From NCBI RefSeq assembly GCF_009914755.1, contig NC_060941.1: 64,000 nucleotides of DNA; one strand, written 5' to 3'. The position numbers and the translations under genes are program-made. Under the pieces are notes generated by a model. That model ran no database searches. It saw only the letters and a list, made by a program, of their open reading frames with translations, and was not told the origin of the DNA. Of this stretch, positions 1 through 64,000 are shown in pieces; positions within the stretch are counted from its first letter, which is position 1, and each line of letters starts with the position of its first letter. The stretch is from the human T2T-CHM13v2.0 reference genome, Homo sapiens.

Positions 1-2160
<2,160 letters not shown>

Positions 2161-2589
2161 TCCCCCGTTCATTTCCCCTTAGAGCAGTGGGAATGTTTTT
2201 TTGTTAGTGATGATGTCATGCCTTGTGCAAAATCTGTATTAGCATCTCACAACATAAGATTTGGCTCTATTCTAACGGCATTTTCCACCACTCGATGTCC
2301 ACCGTAATACTTGGCTCTCGAAGAATCACTGGGCTGGCTCCCTCACTTCATGCAGGTCTATTCTATTATCACTTACTCAGAGATTTCTCTGGCCTTTTCT
2401 TCACAGCACTTACAAAATGCGATCTATTACATATTAATTTGCTTATTTGCTTCTTGTTTTCCTATACTCCCATCCCTCCCAGAAGCTCCAAGAGAGCATA
2501 CTGTTTTATCCCTAGGGCCTAGAATAATGCGTCCACGTAGTAGGTACTCAAAATTTTTTGCTTGACAGGCTAGAAAAGGTGAATAAACA

Positions 2590-3270
2590 CAAAGCGGGAG
2601 CGAAAAGTCTACTTCTAGGTCAGGCACTCTTTGGACTTCACGCAACGTGTGAGCGCCACCTCTCGGGAAGCCAATTTGCTCGCGAACGAAGGAAGTGAGT
2701 CAGAGAACCCGGGGGTGGAGAGAAGAAAGCAAGCAGCTAACCGGAAAGGTCTGAAAAAGCTAGCGCCGGAAGTTAAACTGCAGAAAGTTGTTCCCTAGAA
2801 TGACTGCCTACTCCCAAGAGGAAGCGTGGGCGAGCGGTGTTCTGCAAAATGGGCTCTCCGGCAGCGGATCTGCGCAGAAGCGTTCCGTGCGTGCAAGTGC
2901 TGCGAACCACGTGGGTCCCGGGCGCGTTTCGGGTGCTGGCGGCTGCAGCCGGAGTTCAAACCTAAGCAGCTGGAAGGGTAAGAGGTGTTCGGGATCCTGA
3001 GAGGAAAAAGAAAGGAGTGTAGTCGCGGGAGTGGGTTAGGTGAGGAGTTAGTGAAGAGATGAGTTCAGCTCTAAGAGGCGGCGAGGAGGATCGGATGGGA
3101 GGAGGGGCAGGGAGCGCCTGTGGACAAGTGCAGACCGGTCGGCGCACGTCCCACGCCACGTGGACTCGCCTTTGTCGGTGGCCGCCTTTCTCGTCAGGCC
3201 GCGACGACAGGGCTGTGCCTTATTTGTGTCTGTCGAGAGCAGTGCCGGGCACGGAGTTGGCGCTCTGTAA
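2590..3270 (+). promoter_or_regulatory. NME1: NME1 CpG-rich TATA-less promoter / first intron
   Basis: High CpG; CCAAT 2671; GGAAG-TGAGTCA (ETS+AP-1) 2691-2702; CCGGAA at ~2741 and ~2766; CACGTG at 2908-2913 and 3157-3162. Confidence 0.85.
2875..2977 (+). other. NME1: NME1 non-coding exon 1 (start approximate)
   Basis: In CpG-rich promoter; strong donor GAAGG|gtaaga after 2977; splicing to acceptor at 4966 gives ...TGGAAGGAACCATGG. Confidence 0.85.
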
Positions 3271-3688
3271 GTGCTTGCTGAATAAATGACGGGTGTGTGT
3301 GTCATTCATTCAGCAAGCACTGAGTGCTTACTGTTGTGTCACCGGGACCGATGTGGAGGGACATTTTTAGGGTGTATTTCTGGCGCTTTAGTCCTGTTTT
3401 CTCCTGGACAATTTATGCTTGCCCCGCACCCCATCGTGCGATTCTCCGCAGTCTTTGGGCTTTGTCTCTCTCTCTTTTTTTTTTTTTGGAAGTTGCAGAA
3501 TGGTGATAAATGATTTTCTTTGCTCCTATTGACTGCTAGGCCCTGTGGCTAGGTACCATAGAGTCTCTACACAGGACTAAGTCAGCCTGGTGTGCAGGGG
3601 AGGCAGACACACAAACAGAAAATTGGACTACAGTGCTAAGATGCTGTAAGAAGAGGTTAACTAAAGGACAGGAAGATGGGGCCAAGAG

Positions 3689-3759
3689 ATGGTGCTACTG
3701 TCTACTTTAGGGATCGTCTTTCAAGGCGAGGGGCCTCCTATCTCAAGCTGTGATACAGG
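3689..3759 (+). CDS. NME1: Coding part of optional NME1 exon (3540..3759) giving the 177-aa N-terminally extended isoform (NM23-H1B)
   Basis: Acceptor ctgctag|G at 3540, ATG 3689, donor GG|gtaggt after 3759; yields MVLLSTLGIVFQGEGPPISSCDTGT fused in frame to MANCE (25+152 aa). Confidence 0.85.
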
Positions 3760-4969
3760 GTAGGTCATGAGCGCAGTCTTCTGTAAAATGAGGGATCTGG
3801 ACGGAATAGTTACTCTCTAGGCTTCCTTTCAGTATGATGTCCCGTATCAGATATTCCTAATGTCTGTAGTTCTCCCACACCCCACCGTTTATTGGCTAGT
3901 CAAAATATTCTTTGCATTGTAAAGTGTAGCATAACATTACAAGAATGGATTAATGGGTTGGGAATGCTGGGTTTTGGCCTTCATTCTGGTGCTGTGGTCC
4001 TGTTTCCTCATTTGTAAAATGAAGGGGGTTGTAAAGATATATTCTCTAAAACCCCTAATGCTATGGCTGTGGCATTAAGTCAAACTATTATTTCTTACTG
4101 CTTTGTACCGGACATCACTTTCACATTAGTAAAACTTTTCATCAGTGTAGTTTCTCCCAAGCTTGATTATTGAGAAAGATAGTGCCTTGTTTTTAACATC
4201 CTGTATCCTAGTTCCACCGCAGTGTTTGGTACACAGTAGATGTTTAAAAGAAGCTTATTAAATCAAATGGTGGCCAGGCTCATGGGGCTCACGCCTTTAA
4301 TCCCAGCACTTTGGGAGGCTGAGGTGGGCAGATTACTTGAGGTCAGGAGTTGGAGACCAGCCTGGCCAACATGGTGAAACCCCATCTCTAGTAAAAAAAA
4401 ATACAGAAATTAGCTGGGTGTGGTGGCACGCACCTGTAGTCCCAGCTATTTAGGAGGTTGAGGTAGGAGAATTGCTTGCCTGGGAAGTGGAGGTTGCAGT
4501 GAGCCAAGGTCGCACCACTGCACTCCATCCTGGGCGAAAGAGCAAGACTCCATACCAAAAAAAAAAAAAAAAATCAAATGGGGCTGGGTGTGGTGGCTCA
4601 TGGCCATAATCCCAGCACTTTGGTAGGCTGAGGTGGGCAGATCACTTGAGGACAAGAGTTCGAGACCAGCGTGGGCAACATAGCGAAACCCCATCTCTAA
4701 AAAAACCCCACAAAAACCAAAACAAATGAAAATAAAATAAATCAAATGGGATAGAAATTATAGTCCTTGCTTTTGGATCCTTTCCCACATTGACATATTA
4801 GTTCATAGATCAGGGGACTGGGGAGGAATTGGGTTTTTACCAGAGGGAGACCTGGAGCTGACCTGACAGATTTAAACCAGCTTTATGGGATAATCCGCTT
4901 GAGACGGATGACGCTGTAGGCAAGTGATTCACTGCTGTTTCATTCCTCTACCTGCCTATCCCCAGAACC

Positions 4970-20907
<15,938 letters not shown>

Positions 20908-21025
20908 GAGGTGGACACAACAGCAGTCTCCTTCAGCACGGCGTGGTGTGTCCCTGGACACAGCTCTTCATTCCATTGACTTAGAGGCAACAGGATTGAT
21001 CATTCTTTTGTAGAGCATATTTGCC

Positions 21026-21031
21026 AATAAA
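21026..21031 (+). terminator. NME2: NME2 polyadenylation signal AATAAA
   Basis: Canonical hexamer ~120 nt after the stop, GT-rich sequence downstream. Confidence 0.85.
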
Positions 21032-21091
21032 GCTTTTGGAAGCCGGACACTGTCTCCTTGTGCTTATTTGATACTGAGCTGAAAGAAGTGA

Positions 21092-26422
<5,331 letters not shown>

Positions 26423-26736
26423 TTAATTTCCCCATAAAGGTCCCTATTCACCTTGGCTCCTGCTGTGGTTTTTGCCCTTTCCCTCCCTGCCCATGAAATC
26501 CCACCTCCAATGCAACCTCATCCATATGTCTAACCATACTACTCTTGGCTCCCTTGGCAGCTAGTGGAAAATTCTTCCTTACAGCACTCATGTGCCTGCT
26601 ACCCCTTGTAAGAGGAAGGGGCTGATCCAACTTTCATAGGGGTCTCTGACTGCTTATAGAGGGCACGCAATAGAAAAGCAACCCCCCAAACCAAAGCATA
26701 TTAAAGAACTGCTCAAATCCAGCTTAACTTTAACAT

Positions 26737-26742
26737 TTTATT
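26737..26742 (-). terminator. MBTD1: MBTD1 polyadenylation signal AATAAA
   Basis: TTTATT on plus strand at the end of the AT-rich UTR; GT/T-rich downstream on minus strand. Confidence 0.75.
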
Positions 26743-28779
26743 TTGTGTAAAAAAGGGCAAATTTAGTGAATTATTTTCATCTTGTACACAAAGTTATAAT
26801 TTTAATGCTTTTCACATCCATGCTGAAAATTTGCAATTTGGTAAAAATGAAAGGAACATAAATTTTTCCAAAGGAATTTTTCACGCCATTATATATACAC
26901 TTCATGAGAAAGTTTCAAACACTTTCTCAATGATCACGAGTTACCAAGAAAATAAAAGATTAAATTTGTACAGATATTGATCTATATATCAAATACATAC
27001 AGAAATGATGTAAAAACCTTATGCAGTTTACTTTGACCTCTGTCCTCAAAAGATTTGCCCAGGGACAGATGCTTTTCTTTTGTATAAATGACTGTGGCTT
27101 TATTTAAAATATGAAAATCAAAGGAAGAAACCCAGTTTAATCACAGTATTTTTAAAATCCCTTCCCAATATTAAAGGATCATTACCAATATATAGCACCA
27201 TAATACAAATATTGATGGGAGAGGGTATTCACATCACGCAAAATTAATAATAATAATAAAAACAAACAAACACTGAAAACCCGTGTTAGTATCGTAGAAT
27301 AAGAAGTTGATAACAGCTTTAGCTTTCCTCATACACGGCAAGGAAAAGGTTAAAGAGTTTAAACTACCAAAAGTCCCCAAATAAATCCTAACAGGAAAAA
27401 CAAAACAAAACAAAAACAAACCCAAGGTCAGCAGTACATTTTGAACCGTAAAAGAGAATGGGGCGATTGAGTTGTACAACTGGAGTTATGGCTAAGACAT
27501 AAATCTCCTCTGCATTAATTATTTTTCGGTTCGTCGGCAGTAGGAGTTAGTGTGTGAACAATGAAAGAGGGCTTTAGGTTGTGTTCAGACTGTAGAAAAG
27601 TCCTTACCAACCTTCAACTGTTGGTCACGGGATCAAGACAAGAAACACTTCATGAATTAGGAAATTCTAAAACACTCAGAGCCTGGGTTTGCTATAGAAT
27701 TGGAAGCTTATGAAACCTGGGTATAAATGAGCATTTCATAGATTACCAGGACTGACTAGCTCCAAATCCTCTCTCTCCTGGTTTAGTCAGTTCCCCATGG
27801 AGCTCCTAAATCCAAGGTACTGGCAGAGTACACTACACAACAGGCTTCTTGTGCCTGTGCTGTGGAATTAGTCCTGGGTTTAATTCAGTGAGCCTGAGAA
27901 TAAAGACTGCTGTAACCCTTGCTTTGGAATACTTCTAGGCTTTAAGTTTACAAGAAGATTTTTCAAAGTTAAAGATATGGGAAGTGTGAGGATGTCACAT
28001 TTACAGTAGGTCCCTCTCAGCAATGTTAAGATAAATATCCAGTAATTTAACAGCTGAATTCACATATATTTGACACATGAGAATCAACTTGCGTTGATGT
28101 GATCTGCATTTATGCCCCTAAAGAGTCAGTATTAAGAAATGGTGACATGCGATTCCATACATTCTTACACTATAAAGTAACAAATTTTACTTCCAGTAGC
28201 TATTATAAAACCTTATGTTATTAACCCCTCTTGCATAGAATGAGGTAAACCTGTGCGTATTACCAATGCTATTATTCCCAAAAGTAGAGCAATATTTTAG
28301 AAAATAAATTGCTGGTTTTTTTTAACGTTCTATGCATTTTAAAATTCAAACAAAAGTCTTACCTAAAATGGTCTCCTGGGGCTTTCCATTAACATTTTTT
28401 AAAGCATTCCATAGGCTGAAGGACTGTAGAGGTTAATCATTTTGATTAATTTCTAATTAGCCCTACCTATATTCCAGAGGAGATGGTCAATATTACCACT
28501 CTGAAGAGGCCAGGCTAAGACCCAGAAGCACTTCTAGAACAGATGCAATTAATTCCTGAGAGTTTAGTTTATGAACCTCACTGGTAAACGCTAGAGCGCT
28601 CTCATTCAGTCACAACTCAGTAGAAAGTTAGAAAATGCAGAGAGCAAACCTTTCACCAGTTTACCCTTGTATCCTTTTTTTTTTTTTAAAAGGAAGTCAT
28701 ATGAATTTTAAAACAGGGAATGTTCAAAATGGTCCAAATCGGTTATTATTAAAATAAATCCTGAATACAATTAAAGACA

Positions 28780-28782
<3 letters not shown>

Positions 28783-28826
<44 letters not shown>
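28783..28826. repeat. (TA)22 microsatellite in MBTD1 3' UTR
   Basis: Direct reading. Confidence 0.95.
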
Positions 28827-28829
<3 letters not shown>

Positions 28830-29865
28830 AATTTTAAGAAAATTAAATTCTCTTTCAAATTAGTTTTCTACCAAATCCAGGATAGATAAAAGCAGAGCTG
28901 GAATGATTTTGAAATCTAAACTTATTTTGGCTTTGAATAACTTTCAATTCGATTCTCCTAATACAGAACATCTGTTTTTGGTTGTGGTTATACGAAGCTG
29001 TTATTTCACAGATAGAGGGAAATGGCAGAGAACTGATCAGAATCCCTTTCGTGGGGTATTTTTTTTAGAAAGGAAAATAAACTAAGGACAACATTACATT
29101 TTCCCCAACCCCTCAATGTGTAGACTGAGATCCTGAATATCTTGTCAACCATTCCAGTTTAACACTTTAGTGTTAGGATAATTCTAATCATTTTTTTAAT
29201 TAAAAGAGAACATATAAAAGTATCCAGAGTTCTTCCAGTTTCATACAGAACTCCAAATAAATTTTCACAGAATGAAAAATATTTCTGTACAAACATTTAA
29301 AATGGGCTGCAATAAAATGCCAACAAGAGAAATAATGACCCTTCCATGACCTTTGTGGTGATGACCCCTCCATGAGGAGTTCAGTTGCATATTTCTGCAG
29401 CAAAAGAAGCTGGAGATGTGACTGGCCTAACTTCTAAAAATCCCAAAATCTCCCAACAGGTACCAAAAAGGTTCATTTGTAATGACAGTTCATTTGCATT
29501 TAACAGCTATATCCTTCTTAAATCATTTCCTTCAATCCTGCTACCTAAACTTTAATGTTACCAAAAAAGTTAGAATTTCAGTTCTTGTTAACAATGCACA
29601 TAAATCCAAACTTGGAAAATATTACAAAATTCTTTCAAAAGCTTCAAATACAACACAAAAATTGTCCATCTTTATAAATTGAAAATTTCCCACCCCCCTG
29701 CCCCCCCGACTAAAATAGTTCCCCCACCCACCTGAAAAATCTGGAACTGAAATCTTCTATGTTTAGCAAAATGTCCCAGTAGAGTAGCCCCCTGTACAGC
29801 TGGATTGATTATAAATCAGTCCTGTGTAAAATCCTTCCCCACCCGCCCTCAGTTTCTAAGCCACC

Positions 29866-56265
<26,400 letters not shown>

Positions 56266-59222
56266 CTGTCACATAAAAATCATTAAATTATTGTCTTATT
56301 AACATAAAGCCTAAAACATATCAATGAAAATTAAGCAGTACCATCAATAATAGGAATATTAAACTAAAAATGTCATTTTAATTCCGTTTGTTTCCTAGAA
56401 TTCTATCTGGAAAAAGCCAGTTTCAGGGACAAACAAGATAAAGAGAAAATTCACATATATTAGACTAGATTCATGCTGACTTCAAAATCTGATACTGTCC
56501 TAATATGAGATTTAAGCAGCGATTTTTCTATGAGTGGAATTACAAACTCAATAGCAGATTTAATAGGATTAAACTGGTTTAAGAAATTTTTAATATGTAC
56601 TGAGTGAATACACTTCACCCTAATTTCTACTTTTAAAAGATCTGGCCTAAGAGCAGAAAGAAAAACAATTCCAATCAGCAGTGTGGTTTCCAACAACATG
56701 AATAAGAGAAATGAAAATTTTCAATTTAAATTAAATTCATAGATTAGAAATCTAGTCCACATAGATGGACGTGAGGGAAAAGCACTGGATAAAGTTATTA
56801 AGAAGGTGGAGTTGAAGAGTTTTGGAGATGAGTACCATGGTAAACTATTTAAATTATTATTTCAAAATTTCTCATGTAGAAATTACTATAAAGAGAAAAC
56901 TTCCAATGTTAGAACCGGTAATCACTAGCCTCCCACAGCAAATGGTTAAGATGGGGACTCGGAAAATCAATTAAATGAGCATCATGAAGGGATTTTCTGA
57001 AATCTAACAGATGTTCCCAAAGTATTGTTTCCATTATATTTTAATCTTTAAAACTCAAGGCAATTCACAATTACTTGGAACTTATGCAATGGTAAATTAA
57101 ATCAAATAAGCAAATTTAAGAATATAAATGCTGATAACACTAAACAGTTTGTGTTGCTCTGGACAGTCAGTTCCTCATTCAATTTAGAATGTTGATCATA
57201 AAGAAAAGGATTATGTGAGGTTATAAAAGACTTGATAGTATGAACAAATCAGGAAAAACCAAAATAGCCTCAAAGCTCAAAGATGAGCAAAGATATCTAG
57301 GAGTTACATGAACTAGCCAATTTGAACATTAGGCAAATGTCCTCCATGCAAGGCCCCTCCTACTTTGGTGGATGCTCACCCAACAGGAGGATTAGCCTAA
57401 AACAACATTCAACCCCTACCCTCTTAGTAGTTTCTGGAATTTCTGAAGGAGAGGAAGAGAATGTCAAATACTGAAGTTGGATAAGTCTAGAAACCAAAGA
57501 CAGAATCAATTAATGGCTACTGGTTTAAGTAGTAAGCAATGAGTTTACCTCAGTAACTTGGAGAAATGGACAAGCTCAACTATTTGCGGTTCTGGAAGGG
57601 TACATATAACTATCTCCCCGACTTGTGCAAAAAATAATATATTCATTGTGACTACCTCTTCTTTAAACTGAAAGACTGGACTCTTCAGGTTCTGCTATCT
57701 TTCCCCTATATCATTCTAGACTGTAGGGCCATCCCTATTGCCAGCAGATATGATTAAAAAGGAGACACTAGAAAGAAGACAGGTAACATAGAATAAACTA
57801 ACATATATTAACACAAAGATCATGTATTAATTTCTGTGAGGATGTACCTATTCGAGTAGATAGATGCAGTTAAATGAATGCAGTGCAGCATCCATCCCTC
57901 TGTCTGGTTACCAAATCTGTGAATTGGGTTTATTTTTCACTGAGAAGAAAGAGGCGTGCTTATGCTAATGAGCTGGGGGTCAGGTTGGCACACTGGTAAG
58001 TAAGTTTGGCATACAGTACTCCTTTTTGAGCTAAATGTGTCATAGACTTTTATTTTTTTAAAGCCTTAACATTTGTTGGAGAAAACTTTTAATATTATTT
58101 TATTAAAGAAAACAAAATGTCAATATGCTTGCTTAAAAAATAATGTTCACTTTGGTGGAGGATACTGTGTTTTGGTCCCTACAGTCTGGATTGGTATAGG
58201 AGAAAGTAGCAGAAAGTGACATTTGTTCTTGCCTGTAAGGTTGTGGTTCTGCTAGGCCCTCTTAAACCAATCCATATGGTTCATTCTAAGAAAAAAAGTG
58301 AAGAAACAAAAACATCAACAAGAAAGAGCACCACGGTCATAGCATAGTATGTGCTCAATGTGTTGAAATAACACGGTAATTTCATAGATATGTCTGCCCT
58401 TTTGTTTAAAATGAATATTCTTAAGTGTGGAAGACTAAATGACCCAGGGCTTGACAGCCATCTTCATCCAAGTCATCTGTCTTCTCTTGCTGGCAGGAGG
58501 GATACCTCTGAAAGTCTGGATTGGCATAGCATGAACTAGCAGAACCATAATTTACAGGTAACAACAAATTTACCTTCCAGACTCAGGACGCGAGGTCCAC
58601 CTCAGGCTCCTCCCAAACAAGGAAGATCTGCTCCACCACTTCCTGCTCCAGGGCCACTCGTGAGGGCTATCTGGGAGCGACTCTCCTTCCCTGCAAGGTA
58701 AGCTGTCATCAGGTCCTGCAGGACATGGCCAAATCCAAATGCTGAGGGGTCCCCAACACAAATGTATGACAACCTCCACATGACTGTAAGAAAATAAGTG
58801 GGTGGGAAGTCTTATTTGCTGTACTTCAAGATCATTCCCAGATGGTCCAACAGCTCAGCTGGCTAGTATTCAGACTCTCAGGAGGTTGATGCACTGCACA
58901 CACGATGCTTTATGGCAGAGATACAGATTTCCCTCTGCAGAGCTGCCAACCAAAGACAACCATACAATCTTTAATATTAATCTGTAAGTGGGCAGAGACA
59001 AGACCTGAGGTTGCATATAGGTAACCAAGAAGGAATAATTTATCCCAATGAGATGGCAAATGTACAAAAAGCCATCATCAAAATGTCTTCAGACTAACAG
59101 GCAAAGTACATCTAGCAGAGGATGATGAAATATTATTTGGAAGGGGAGAAAACATTACAGAAAATTAAGTAGAAAGAAATGAGAGTTCCTAACTACTTAC
59201 AGAATTTTCTGGTAGAAAGTAG

Positions 59223-63535
<4,313 letters not shown>

Positions 63536-64000
63536 AAGTAGAAATATTAAATGTCAATTGGGGCTTGATTTCCATTGCCGATTATAAAAAAAAAATTGTC
63601 CAATACTGTTGTAATTGAGTGACTGAGTATAAGCCACTATAAATAGTTACAGGAATTATCAAAAAAGATATAGTCCTATGATCTACTCTGTAGAAAGTTC
63701 TTTCTCAGAAGCTTACAGACAGACCATGGAAAGAAGAATTATATTCTTGAAATTCTATGATTTTAGAACTAATCACAGTAATATCTAAGTGCTGGAAAAC
63801 AGAAAGTATTTATCTGGGATCCTTATTCTAGAAGAAGAGGTTGGGTTAAGTTAAAGAAGCCAGGGCTCTGACAGCGTCCCCATCCCAATTCCTGACTCAA
63901 TCACAACAGCTCCGCTTCCGTGTTACATGTTACATGCTGGGTGTTCTTTCATAAATTATGTTTGAAAAAGAATCCCCTAGGAGCAGGAAAGGCTCCCGAC

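Larger units (their letters stand above)
26720..29865 (-). other. MBTD1: MBTD1 3' UTR (~3.1 kb)
   Basis: Alu-free AT-rich stretch from the stop codon to AATAAA (minus strand, 26737-26742). Confidence 0.8.

Overview
Alu-dense primate (human-like) genomic DNA, recognisable as the NME1-NME2-MBTD1 locus (human 17q21.33). Plus strand: complete NME1 (NDP kinase A; CpG promoter ~2.6-3.3 kb, coding exons 4970-11160, optional N-terminal-extension exon 3540-3759) and complete tandem paralog NME2 (NDP kinase B; CpG island ~15.5-16.6 kb, coding exons 16137-20907). Splice phases reproduce the known 267-aa NME1-NME2 read-through protein. Minus strand: the 3' part of MBTD1 (11 coding exons 56265->29866, 466 codons, 3' UTR to ~26.7 kb), converging on NME2. 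Most other ORFs in the track are Alu artefacts. I see no wholly new system. The best leads not explained by the canonical gene models are: an L2-derived pri-miRNA-like hairpin in NME1 intron 1; an in-frame 192-nt MBTD1 cassette exon; a candidate poison exon in an upstream MBTD1 intron; a stop-free 345-nt exon 2-4 circle possible in both NME genes; and a rare GAG acceptor shared by both paralogs. Exon coordinates were counted by hand; repeat boundaries are approximate.
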